This document shows, in pieces, positions 9,221-18,395 of a DNA stretch of 64,000 nt. Source of the stretch: an uncultured Coriobacteriaceae bacterium (lineage in GTDB: Bacteria > Actinomycetota > Coriobacteriia > Anaerosomatales > Anaerosomataceae); assembly GCA_964610065.1 (NCBI GenBank), contig CAZSUO010000001.1, forward strand, positions 2,874-66,873. Reading direction: 5' to 3'. Position numbers and translations under genes: made by a program. Within the stretch, counting starts at the first letter, position 1; every line of letters starts with the position of its first letter. Below the pieces are notes generated by a model that saw only the letters and a program-made list of their open reading frames with translations, had not been told where the DNA came from and did not search any database.

Positions 9221-11086
9221 ATGACTAAAGAGCAACCACTCACGCGTACCCAACGCTCGCGACGCGGGCGGCATAGCGCATCGCGAGAGACCACGGCTCC
9301 TCGCGGGCCGCAGTGGCTGACCCGGCTACCTGTAGCCGCGAGGGTTGCCATCGTCTCGCTGGTGGCGGTACTCGTCATAGTCACTGGCACCGCGGCGGTC
9401 GACATCGTGTTGACGCTCGACAAGATCCACCCTGGCGTCAGCGTGGGTGCGGTCGACGTTGGCGGATTGGCGCGCAGCGACGCGGCCTCGGCCATCGATG
9501 CATACGTTGCTGAGCGCGCAGTCGTTCCCGTCAGCCTGGTTGTGGGCGATGACCGTTGGGACGTGAGCGCCGACAGCGTCGGCCTCTCGGTCGACGCCAC
9601 CGGGCTTGCCGAAGCCGCGTATGCGGTCGGACGAGGCGCGTTCCTCGATGCCGTGCTCGACCGGGTGAGGGCCGTCGCCACCGGTGTGGACATCCGGCTT
9701 CAGCTCGACACCGATGAAGCGGCCGTGCGTGCTCTCGTTGAAGGCGTGAACACATCGATCGCCGAGCCTCCGCGGGACGCAGCCGTCTCCGTGGAGGGCG
9801 CGGTGGTCACCCGGGTCGCCCCGGTCGACGGACACGGCGTGGATGTCGAGGACGCACGCGCCGCGATCGTCGAGGCGTTCCTCTCGGAGGGCAGCGATGC
9901 GGTCGTCGAACTCACGACGCTCGAGCCCGCCATAGACGCCGAGCACGCCGAGGGGGCGTATCAGGCCGCGCTGGCGATGGTCTCCGCGCCGCTTGAGCTC
10001 TACTACGAACAGAAGGAGTGGACGGTCGAACCGGCGGCCATCGGCGGCTGGATCGACTTCAGGTCGGTCGAGGGCACCGCCGGACTTGCGCTTGAGGCAT
10101 ACATCGCCTCCGAGGAAGTCTCCGCAACGATCCTTCCGCTGGTCGCGGAGGTTGGAAGGCCGGCGAAAGACGCGACGTTCTCGGTTTCCAACGGTGTGGT
10201 CACGATCGTGCCCGCGGAGGACGGACTCGCGGCTGACGCGGCGGACCTGAGCGCAAAGCTGGAGGTGCTCCTCACCTCAGGACAAGAGCGTCGTGCGGAG
10301 CTCACTATGCGGCGCGTCGAGGCCGAACTCACCACGGAGGAGGCCAAGGGTCTCGGCATCGTCGAGCGTATCTCCACATTCACCACCGAGTACTCCGCTT
10401 CGAACAAGCCCCGCGTCAACAACATCCACACACTCGCCGATGCGCTTGACGGCACGCTCATACCACCTGGTGGGACGTTCAGCTTCAATGAGACCGTCGG
10501 GGAGCGAACGGCAGCGAAGGGTTACCAGGAGGCGCCGGCGATCGTGAACGGCAAGCTCGTGCCACAGTTGGGCGGCGGCATCTGCCAGGTGAACACGACG
10601 TTGTTCAACACGGTGTTCTTCTCCGGTCTTCCGGTGGTGCAGCGTGTCAATCACTCGCAGTACATCAGTCACTATCCCAAAGGTCGCGACGCCACCGTTT
10701 CGTGGGGCGGTCCCGACTTCAAGTTCAAGAATGACACCGCCAACTGGGTCTTGATCGCAACGGGCTACTCGAACTCGAGTGTCACCATCTCGCTGTACGG
10801 CACCGATCCGGGATACGAGGTCACCTACGAAACGGGGCCATGGACCAATCTCACCGATCCGCCCGTGCGCGAAGTCAAGGACCCTGAGCTGCCGGTCGGT
10901 ACGCGGATCGTTGATGAGCGCGGTGTCTCGGGGCGCACCATCGTGGTGACCCGCGTCGTCACGAAGGGCGGCGCCGAGGTCAGACGTGACTCGTTCAAGT
11001 CGGTGTATCGCCCCACACAGGAAGTCGTTCGGGTAGGTACCAAGGCAGCGCCGGTACCGTCCGACCCGGCGACCACCACACCATAA
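9221..11086 (+). CDS. VanW-family cell-wall protein with peptidoglycan-binding and G5 domains
   Basis: N-terminal TM; FSFNETVGERT, GGGICQVNTTLFN, GRDATVSWGGPDFKFKN; C-terminal VVRVGTK (G5). Confidence 0.88.
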   Translation: MTKEQPLTRTQRSRRGRHSASRETTAPRGPQWLTRLPVAARVAIVSLVAVLVIVTGTAAVDIVLTLDKIHPGVSVGAVDVGGLARSDAASAIDAYVAERAVVPVSLVVGDDRWDVSADSVGLSVDATGLAEAAYAVGRGAFLDAVLDRVRAVATGVDIRLQLDTDEAAVRALVEGVNTSIAEPPRDAAVSVEGAVVTRVAPVDGHGVDVEDARAAIVEAFLSEGSDAVVELTTLEPAIDAEHAEGAYQAALAMVSAPLELYYEQKEWTVEPAAIGGWIDFRSVEGTAGLALEAYIASEEVSATILPLVAEVGRPAKDATFSVSNGVVTIVPAEDGLAADAADLSAKLEVLLTSGQERRAELTMRRVEAELTTEEAKGLGIVERISTFTTEYSASNKPRVNNIHTLADALDGTLIPPGGTFSFNETVGERTAAKGYQEAPAIVNGKLVPQLGGGICQVNTTLFNTVFFSGLPVVQRVNHSQYISHYPKGRDATVSWGGPDFKFKNDTANWVLIATGYSNSSVTISLYGTDPGYEVTYETGPWTNLTDPPVREVKDPELPVGTRIVDERGVSGRTIVVTRVVTKGGAEVRRDSFKSVYRPTQEVVRVGTKAAPVPSDPATTTP

Positions 11087-11128
11087 CGAGACGGCCGGAG
11101 CCTGCGGGCGGCGGGAGAGGGGTACAGG

Positions 11129-12430
11129 GTGTTCCAGCCTGAGTATGAGTCGATGCAGCGCGAGCAGCTCGAAGCGCTGCAGCTCCAGCGTCTGAACGAG
11201 CTGCTTGCGCGCGTGTACGAGACGGTACCCACGTATCGCACCAAGTTCGATGAAGCGGGTGTCGCGCCGCGGGTGGCCTCTCTGGAGGAGTTCGCCGCGT
11301 TCCCGTTCACCGTCAAGGACGACCTGCGTGCTGGATATCCGTACGGCATGTTCGCCGTGCCGTTGCGCGACATCGTCCGGCTCCACTCATCGTCGGGCAC
11401 GACCGGTCAGGTGACGGTCGTGGGCTACACGGCCACCGATCTCGACAACTGGGCGGACCTCATGGCGCGCACCATTGCCGCGGCGGGTGGAACACCCGAT
11501 GACGTCGTGCAGAACTCGTACGGGTACGGGCTGTTCACCGGTGGCCTGGGTGTGCACTACGGTGCGGAGCGTCTCGGCTGTGCCACGATCCCGATCTCGG
11601 GCGGCAACACCAAACGGCAGGTGCAGGTCATGAAGGACTTCGGCACAACCATCCTCGCCTGTACGCCGAGCTACGCGTTGCTCATAGCCGAGACCGCCAG
11701 GGAGATGGGCGTCGACCCGGCCAGCCTGCCGCTCAAGGCCGGTATCTTCGGCGCCGAACCATGGAGTGAGAACACCCGCGTCGAGATCGAGCGGCAGCTC
11801 GGCATCACGGCCATCGACATCTACGGCCTGTCCGAGGTGCTTGGTCCGGGCGTTGCCGCCGAGTGCCAGTGCAAGTGCGGCCTGCACGTGAACGAGGACC
11901 ACTTCATCATCGAGATCGTCGACACCGAGACGCTGCAACCGGTGCCGGACGGCGAGCGCGGTGAGGTGGTGTTCACGACACTCACCAAGCAGGGCATCCC
12001 CGTCGTGCGTTACCGCACCCGCGACATCTCCCGCATCGTGCCGGGCGAGTGCGAGTGCGGCCGGACGTTCCGGCGGCTCGAGCGCGTCACGGGTCGCTCG
12101 GACGACATGCTCATCATCCGGGGTGTCAACGTGTTCCCGAGCCAGATCGAGCAGGTGCTGCTCGGCATTCCCGGCGTGGCGCCGTACTATCAGGTGGTGC
12201 TCTCGAGGCGCGGCAGTATGGATCATGTCGAGGTGCACGTGGAGGTGAGCCCCGACGTCAGCTTCGACGAGATCAAGACCCTGGAGCGCCTGCGCGCACG
12301 TGTGACCGCCGAGATCGCCTCGGTGCTGGCGGTCAACATCGCGGTCAAGCTCGTTGAACCGAAGTCCATACAGCGTTCCGAAGGCAAGGCCAAACGTGTC
12401 CTGGACCTGCGTGCAGAGGGGAGTGAGTGA
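11129..12430 (+). CDS. paaK: Phenylacetate-CoA ligase (copy 1)
   Basis: HSSSGTTG, YGLFTGGLG, YGLSEV, RYRTRD, GVNVFPSQIE. Confidence 0.92.
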   Translation: MFQPEYESMQREQLEALQLQRLNELLARVYETVPTYRTKFDEAGVAPRVASLEEFAAFPFTVKDDLRAGYPYGMFAVPLRDIVRLHSSSGTTGQVTVVGYTATDLDNWADLMARTIAAAGGTPDDVVQNSYGYGLFTGGLGVHYGAERLGCATIPISGGNTKRQVQVMKDFGTTILACTPSYALLIAETAREMGVDPASLPLKAGIFGAEPWSENTRVEIERQLGITAIDIYGLSEVLGPGVAAECQCKCGLHVNEDHFIIEIVDTETLQPVPDGERGEVVFTTLTKQGIPVVRYRTRDISRIVPGECECGRTFRRLERVTGRSDDMLIIRGVNVFPSQIEQVLLGIPGVAPYYQVVLSRRGSMDHVEVHVEVSPDVSFDEIKTLERLRARVTAEIASVLAVNIAVKLVEPKSIQRSEGKAKRVLDLRAEGSE

Positions 12431-12433
12431 CCG

Positions 12434-12853
12434 ATGGTGAAGCAACTCACGGTCTTCCTGGAGAACAGCCCGGGCCGGCTTGCGCGGCTCACGCGTGCTC
12501 TGGGAGATGCCGGGGTCAACATGCGGGCGCTCATGGTCGCCGACACCGCCGAGTTCGGTGTGGTGCGAATCATCTGCGACAGGCCGGACGTGGCCAAAGG
12601 CGCACTGGAAGACTCGGGGTTCAGCGTGAGCGTGACCGACGTGATCGCCGTGGCCGTTCCCGATCGTCCGGGTGGCCTCGCCGATGTGCTCGAGGTGCTC
12701 GGTGCCGAGGACATGAACGTCGAGTACGCCTACTGCTTCGTCGAGCCGGGTGGCAGCGGTGCCGTGGACGTCTTCCGGGTCGAGCGTGTCGCCGATGCCG
12801 TTCGGGTGCTTGGCGAAGCCGGCATCCGTACGCTCACCGCTGACGAAGTCTAG
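12434..12853 (+). CDS. ACT-domain protein (two ACT repeats)
   Basis: KQLTVFLENSPGRL, ADTAEFGVVR, PDRPGGLA, NVEYAY; typical paaK partner. Confidence 0.88.
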   Translation: MVKQLTVFLENSPGRLARLTRALGDAGVNMRALMVADTAEFGVVRIICDRPDVAKGALEDSGFSVSVTDVIAVAVPDRPGGLADVLEVLGAEDMNVEYAYCFVEPGGSGAVDVFRVERVADAVRVLGEAGIRTLTADEV

Positions 12854-13707
12854 GCCTGCTCCGCCTGCCGGTCGGTAGCGCGCCGGCCGGTCTGCTGGGG
12901 TGCCGTCGGCTCCTCGTCCTCCGGGTCCGGGGCCGGAGTGAGGGCTGCCGCGAGCTCCTCGAGCGCCTCGTCGTCGATTCCGCACGTCAGGATGCGCACG
13001 GTAATCTCTTCGTCATCGCTGTCAATGGCCGATACGATGCCCCTGCGCAGCCGCTCCGTGGCCACAGCTGCACCCTCGGCGCCCGTCGACGGAAGGATGA
13101 CGATGAAGCCACCGTTGCCGCGGTAGGCGACATCGTCGACGAGCCTGACGTCGTTTCGGATGTAGGAGGCGACCTTGCGCATGAGCGAGTTCATCCGGGA
13201 CGCCTTGAGATCAGACCAGAGCTTTGGCGACACGGTGAGCAACACGATCGAGCAGGGCGTCTGGTACCGGCGGAACTGCCCGATGGCTGAGGCGATCGCA
13301 CGCCCCGCATAGCGCGTGCTGTAAACGCGGGTCACAGGGTCGATCATCGTCTCACGTTCGACCCGCGTCAGCACGTACTTGATGCGACCCGCAAGCTCGC
13401 CGCCAGCGAGGCCGATGACCGTGTACGCAAGAGCGCGTGACACGATCATCGTGATCACGTCGACCGAGAGCCCCTCGGTCATCAGCACGTCGTAGCGCAT
13501 GCCAACGTAGATGGCGATGGCGATGAGCGCGGTGACGAAGCCGCCGTTCCGGCCCCAGTGCAGTGCGCCGGCGAGGATGATGATCATCAACAGCTGCGCG
13601 GCGAATTCGGCAGGGATGACCTGTGCGGTCGCGGGCACGAACGCACTGCCGACGATGGCGGCGGTACCGAGCGCGAATGCGAGCATCTCGAATCGCGAGT
13701 ACTTCAC
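12850..13707 (-). CDS. Membrane protein with a degenerate GGDEF domain (putative c-di-GMP receptor)
   Basis: About four N-terminal TMs; IDPVTRVYS (DPLTGLYN-like); RLVD-x5-GNGGF in place of RxxD-x5-GGDEF. Confidence 0.72.
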   Translation of the reverse strand: MKYSRFEMLAFALGTAAIVGSAFVPATAQVIPAEFAAQLLMIIILAGALHWGRNGGFVTALIAIAIYVGMRYDVLMTEGLSVDVITMIVSRALAYTVIGLAGGELAGRIKYVLTRVERETMIDPVTRVYSTRYAGRAIASAIGQFRRYQTPCSIVLLTVSPKLWSDLKASRMNSLMRKVASYIRNDVRLVDDVAYRGNGGFIVILPSTGAEGAAVATERLRRGIVSAIDSDDEEITVRILTCGIDDEALEELAAALTPAPDPEDEEPTAPQQTGRRATDRQAEQA

Positions 13708-13737
13708 TGCGGCCTCCTCAGGCGGTCATCGATCCGT

Positions 13738-14124
13738 TCACGGGTGGTTCGGACACGAGACGTCGCCCGTGTCGGGATCCAGTGTCAGTTCGGCGGCATC
13801 GAGCGGGCACCGCTCGATCCTCTCGAAGTTATCGACGTACGGGGCAAGATCGTTGAGCTCGTCGATGGCCTCACTGCCAGCAGGGGGCGTGGTCTCGCTC
13901 GATTCTTCGGACGCGACCACATCGCTCTCCACCACAGCGAGCAGGTACGCTTGCTCGAGCACGCGCTGGTTGCTGCGGCACGCCGCGGCGGCGGCTGAGC
14001 GGGATGCGGGCACGTAGGTGGCCACTGCCACCGCTGCGAGGATCCCGATGATCAGCACGATCACCATGAGCTCGGCGATCGTGAAGCCGCGGTCGTCCCT
14101 CCAGTCATGTCGTGTCGGTCTCAC
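13738..14124 (-). CDS. Type IV pilin-like protein
   Basis: Class III signal peptide RG|FTIAELMVIVLIIGILAAVA; C-terminal Cys residues. Confidence 0.88.
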   Translation of the reverse strand: MRPTRHDWRDDRGFTIAELMVIVLIIGILAAVAVATYVPASRSAAAAACRSNQRVLEQAYLLAVVESDVVASEESSETTPPAGSEAIDELNDLAPYVDNFERIERCPLDAAELTLDPDTGDVSCPNHP

Positions 14125-14247
14125 GGTTCCCCCGGGCGCCCATGCGCGAAGCCCTGCCGTTCGCGCAGCGTCAGCCCATTATCATACGTATACATCCGTG
14201 CGTCACGCGTGCCATCCCGGGCATTGTCCCGTACAATCGTCAGGACC

Positions 14248-15525
14248 ATGCCGGTGGACCCTGAGAGGAGTGACGCAGCACCCGTGCGCTACCGCGTCGT
14301 CCGTCTCACTGTGTCGGCCATCATCGTCTCATGCCTTGTCATCGGTCCCTTGGGGCCGGTGCGCGAGGCCGTCGCCGCACCAGGCGACTTCCTCGGCACG
14401 CAGACGGTATCCAGCGAGGCCGCCGGGTCCGATCTCTCGCCCGAAGTCACCATGCCCGCGGGGATCATCCGCACCCGCGACGGCCGTACGCTCTGGAGCC
14501 GCGGTGCCGATGATGAGCGCGCGATGGCGTCGACCACGAAGATCATGACCGCGCTTGTCGTGCTCGACCACGCCGAACCCGAGGAGATCGTGACCGTGTC
14601 GGCCCGGGCGGCCGGTGTCGGCGAGGCCGAGGTCGACCTTGTGCCGGGTCAGAAGCTCAGCGTGGGGGAACTGCTGGAAGCAACGCTCGTGCGCTCGGCG
14701 AATGACGCCGCGTTTGCGCTCGCCGAGCATGTCGGCGGCAGCGTCGAGGGGTTCGTCGACATGATGAACCAGAAGGCCGCGGACCTCGGACTCGTCCACT
14801 CTTCGTTCGCGAATCCACATGGGCTCGATGCGCCGGGACACTACACGTCCGCCGCCGACCTCGCCACACTCGCGGGGATCGCTATGGCCGATTCCCGGTT
14901 CGCGGAGATCGTCTCTCAGGAGTCGGTCAGTGTGACCGGAGCGAACGGCCTCAAGAAGTATGAGAACTCCAACAAGCTGCTTCGCACGTATGAGGGGGCC
15001 GACGGGGTCAAGACCGGCTGGACCAACAAGGCGGGGTACTGTGTCGTGGCGTCGGCCGTCCGCGATGAGATCGGGTTCGTCGTGGTGGTGCTTGGCACGA
15101 AGGGCGAGAACGAACGCTTCGACGAGGCCCGGACCTTGCTGGACTGGGGATTCGAGCACTACCGTTCGGTGCGGGTCGCAAGCGCTGACACCACCGCCGC
15201 GCTCGTTCCGGTGGCCGACTACCTGGATGAGTCCGTTGTGGCCGTGGTCGCCGAGGACGCCTCGGCTCCGGTGTTCGATCTCGACGGGGACATCACCTCC
15301 AAGATCGATTTCGTCGGCAGCGTCGAGGCGCCCGTGCAGGCGGGACAGCGCCTCGGCACGCTCACGGTGACGCAGGGCGAGCGCCTTCTCGCCCAGGTGC
15401 CCCTTGTTGCCAGTGCCTCGGTGGAGAGTCCCGACCTGTGGTCGCGGGTCAAGATATGGTTCACACGCGTCTGGCGCAGCGTGTTCGGCGGGTCGCTTCA
15501 GGCGCAACCCGTGTCGTTGCTGTGA
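14248..15525 (+). CDS. D-alanyl-D-alanine carboxypeptidase (PBP5/6, S11)
   Basis: ASTTK (SxxK), SANDA (SxN), KTG motifs; start may be GTG 14284. Confidence 0.92.
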   Translation: MPVDPERSDAAPVRYRVVRLTVSAIIVSCLVIGPLGPVREAVAAPGDFLGTQTVSSEAAGSDLSPEVTMPAGIIRTRDGRTLWSRGADDERAMASTTKIMTALVVLDHAEPEEIVTVSARAAGVGEAEVDLVPGQKLSVGELLEATLVRSANDAAFALAEHVGGSVEGFVDMMNQKAADLGLVHSSFANPHGLDAPGHYTSAADLATLAGIAMADSRFAEIVSQESVSVTGANGLKKYENSNKLLRTYEGADGVKTGWTNKAGYCVVASAVRDEIGFVVVVLGTKGENERFDEARTLLDWGFEHYRSVRVASADTTAALVPVADYLDESVVAVVAEDASAPVFDLDGDITSKIDFVGSVEAPVQAGQRLGTLTVTQGERLLAQVPLVASASVESPDLWSRVKIWFTRVWRSVFGGSLQAQPVSLL

Positions 15526-15536
15526 GAGGAGCCGCA

Positions 15537-16643
15537 ATGTCTGAGGATGGGCGCACGACCCCGCTGTTCCACGAGCACGTGGCGCTCGGTGCTCGCATGG
15601 TGGACTTCGCCGGCTGGCAGATGCCGGTGCAGTATGCCGGGATCATCGAGGAGCACACGGCCGTGCGAACAGCCGTGGGCATCTTCGATGTCTCGCACAT
15701 GGGCGAGTTCCGCATCTTCGGGTTCGAGGCGAAAGAGGCCCTTCAGCGCATCATCACCAACGATCTCGACCGTATCGACGAGCTCGGAATGGCGCTGTAC
15801 ACCGTCATGTGCGACGAGGATGGCGGCGTCATCGACGACCTCATCGTGTACCACACCGGCGATCTGGAGTACCTCATCGTGGCGAACGCCGCCAATCGAG
15901 AGGTCGACTGGGATTGGATCACCTCGCACCTGCCAGAGACGGTCGAGGCCGTGGACGAAAGCGATCGCACCGCGCTCATCGCGGTCCAGGGCCCGGGTGC
16001 GCTCGCGGTCGTCGGCGAGCTCGCCGGCAGCGGGTGGGAGCCTCCCGCGCGGTTCGCCATCGGCGAGGCCACCCTCGACACGGTTCCCGTGCTCGTGGCC
16101 CGCACGGGCTATACCGGCGAGGACGGAGTGGAGATCGTCTGCCACGAGTCTCACGCGGTGGCGATCTGGCGCGCGCTGCTGAGCTTCCCGCAGGTCACAC
16201 CATGTGGCCTCGGCGCCCGTGACACGCTCCGCCTCGAGATGGGCTATCCGCTGTACGGCAGTGACATGGACCGCGGTACCGATCCGGTCACCGCGGGCCT
16301 TGGATGGGTCGTGCCGAAGGCCAAGACCGGCTACATAGGCGCCGAGGCGATCGCTCGCGTGCGGGAGACGGGCAGGACGCACGCGCTCGTGGGCGTCACG
16401 GTCGGCGAGGGTGTGCCGAGGCATGGCTATCCCGTGTTGCACGGGGATGTCGAGGTGGGTAAGGTGGCAAGCGGCACGTTCTCGCCAACGCTCGGTCATG
16501 GCATCGCAACGGCATACGTGCCGGTGGAGCTGTCAGCACCCGGGACGGAGCTCGAGATCGGTATCCGCCGCAAAGTGGTACCGGCGGTGGTCACCAAGCC
16601 GCCGTTCGTGAAGTCGACATCGCTCTCGGCTGTCGGGTCGTAG
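15537..16643 (+). CDS. gcvT: Glycine cleavage system aminomethyltransferase T
   Basis: FAGWQMPVQY, FDVSHMG, RTGYTGEDG, GLGARDTLRLEMG. Confidence 0.96.
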   Translation: MSEDGRTTPLFHEHVALGARMVDFAGWQMPVQYAGIIEEHTAVRTAVGIFDVSHMGEFRIFGFEAKEALQRIITNDLDRIDELGMALYTVMCDEDGGVIDDLIVYHTGDLEYLIVANAANREVDWDWITSHLPETVEAVDESDRTALIAVQGPGALAVVGELAGSGWEPPARFAIGEATLDTVPVLVARTGYTGEDGVEIVCHESHAVAIWRALLSFPQVTPCGLGARDTLRLEMGYPLYGSDMDRGTDPVTAGLGWVVPKAKTGYIGAEAIARVRETGRTHALVGVTVGEGVPRHGYPVLHGDVEVGKVASGTFSPTLGHGIATAYVPVELSAPGTELEIGIRRKVVPAVVTKPPFVKSTSLSAVGS

Positions 16644-16670
16644 GCGAGAACAGGGGAAGGAGTACGGCCG

Positions 16671-17054
16671 ATGTATCCCAAGGAACTCAAGTACGACCGT
16701 GAGCATGAGTGGGTGCGCATGGATGGCGATGTGGCCACGATCGGGATCTCGGACTTTGCGCAGGACCAGCTCGGCGAGGTCGTGTACGTGGATCTTCCCT
16801 CTGTGGGCGACGTTGTAGCGACGGGAGAGTCGTTCGGCGAGGTCGAGTCCGTGAAGTCGGTCTCCGAGCTCTTCTCGCCTGTGAGCGGCGAGATCGTCGA
16901 GGTCAACAGCGAGCTTGACGACGCGCCTGAGCTGGTCAACAACGACAGCTACGGCGACGGCTGGATGATCAAGGTGAAGGTGGACAACCTCTCCGAGGTC
17001 GACGCGCTTATGGACGCCGACGGCTACGAGGCCTATCTGGCCGAGGAAGCCTGA
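16671..17054 (+). CDS. gcvH: Glycine cleavage system H protein
   Basis: HEWV, GISDFAQDQLG, VESVKSVSE lipoyl-lysine motif. Confidence 0.97.
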   Translation: MYPKELKYDREHEWVRMDGDVATIGISDFAQDQLGEVVYVDLPSVGDVVATGESFGEVESVKSVSELFSPVSGEIVEVNSELDDAPELVNNDSYGDGWMIKVKVDNLSEVDALMDADGYEAYLAEEA

Positions 17055-17057
17055 CGT

Positions 17058-18395
17058 ATGCGCTTCATCCCCGTGACCTGCGAAGAGCGGGTCGAAATGC
17101 TTGCGCGCGTCGGCGCGCGGTCGGTGGACGAGCTCTTCAGTGACATCCCGGAGGACGCGCGGCTCGCGCGTCCTCTGAATCTGCCCGAGCCGATGACCGA
17201 GATCGCGCTCGCGGCGCACCTTGAGTCGCTTGCGGGTCGCAACCTTGACGGCGGCCGGGTGGTGTCGTTCCTCGGCGCTGGCATCTATGACCACTACGTG
17301 CCGGCGATAGTCGACGCCGTGGTGAGCAAGCCTGCGTTCTTCACGGCGTACACGCCCTATCAGCCCGAGGTGAGCCAGGGCACGCTGCAGGCCGTCTACG
17401 AGTTCCAATCGATGATCTGCCAGCTCACCGGCATGGAGGTCTCCAACGCCTCCATGTACGACGGGGCGACCGCCTTCGCCGAGGCTGCGCTCATGGCTGC
17501 GCGCGTCACGAAGCGCGACAAGGTCGTGGTCTCCGGCGCCGTCCATCCCGAGTGGCGCGAGACCCTCGCCACCTACGTGGAGTCGGGCACGCTCGAGGTC
17601 GTGGAGGTTCCGGCCACAGGCGGCGTCACAGACACCGCGGCTGTAGCCGCTGTACTCGACGGGCGGACCGCCGCGGTGCTCGTGTCGTCACCGACGTTCT
17701 ACGGGACGCTCGAGGACCTCGAGGCGATCGGTGGCATTGCGCACGACGCGGGCGCGCTGTTCGTGGTGGCGACCGATCCGGTACTCCTCGGCGTGCTCGA
17801 GCCCCCGGCGGCGTACGGCGCGGACATCGTGGTCGGGGAGGGTCAGGCTCTCGGGAACGCGGCCTCGTACGGAGGGCCGGGTCTCGGCCTGTTCGCGTGC
17901 CGCAAGGAGCATATCCGGCAGATGCCCGGGCGCGTGGCGGGCAAGACCGTGGATGTGGACGGCCGCACAGGCTTCGTGCTGACATTCTCCACTCGTGAGC
18001 AGCACATCCGTCGCGAGAAGGCGACCTCCAACATCTGCTCGAACCACGCGCTCAACGCGCTGGCGGCCGGTGTGTATCTAGCGGCAGTCGGCGCCGAGGG
18101 GCTGGCGGGGATCGGTGAGGCGTGCATCGCCAAAGCGCACTACCTGGAGGCGGCGCTCGTGGCGACCGGTCGTTTCAAGCGCGCCTTCGACGCGCCGTTC
18201 GCCCGCGAGTTCGCACTGCGCTGGACGGGTGACGTCGAGGAGATGCAGCGGCGCCTGCTCGAGCGCGGCTTCCTCGCCGGTGTCGATCTCGGCCGGTTCG
18301 CCGCCGCCGACGACGGTCTGGTCCTGTTCGCGGTCACCGAGCGGCACACCCGCGAGGTCCTCGACCGGTTCGTGGAGGAGGTGAGCGCGCTGTGA
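17058..18395 (+). CDS. gcvPA: Glycine dehydrogenase subunit 1
   Basis: YTPYQPEVSQG, SNASMYDG, REQHIRREKATSNICSN. Confidence 0.96.
   Translation: MRFIPVTCEERVEMLARVGARSVDELFSDIPEDARLARPLNLPEPMTEIALAAHLESLAGRNLDGGRVVSFLGAGIYDHYVPAIVDAVVSKPAFFTAYTPYQPEVSQGTLQAVYEFQSMICQLTGMEVSNASMYDGATAFAEAALMAARVTKRDKVVVSGAVHPEWRETLATYVESGTLEVVEVPATGGVTDTAAVAAVLDGRTAAVLVSSPTFYGTLEDLEAIGGIAHDAGALFVVATDPVLLGVLEPPAAYGADIVVGEGQALGNAASYGGPGLGLFACRKEHIRQMPGRVAGKTVDVDGRTGFVLTFSTREQHIRREKATSNICSNHALNALAAGVYLAAVGAEGLAGIGEACIAKAHYLEAALVATGRFKRAFDAPFAREFALRWTGDVEEMQRRLLERGFLAGVDLGRFAAADDGLVLFAVTERHTREVLDRFVEEVSAL

Noticed and set aside
9221..11086. Vancomycin resistance cluster
   Set aside because: VanW domain only; no vanHAX or vanRS
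15525..15537. Glycine riboswitch before gcvT
   Set aside because: Intergenic gap of about 11 bp
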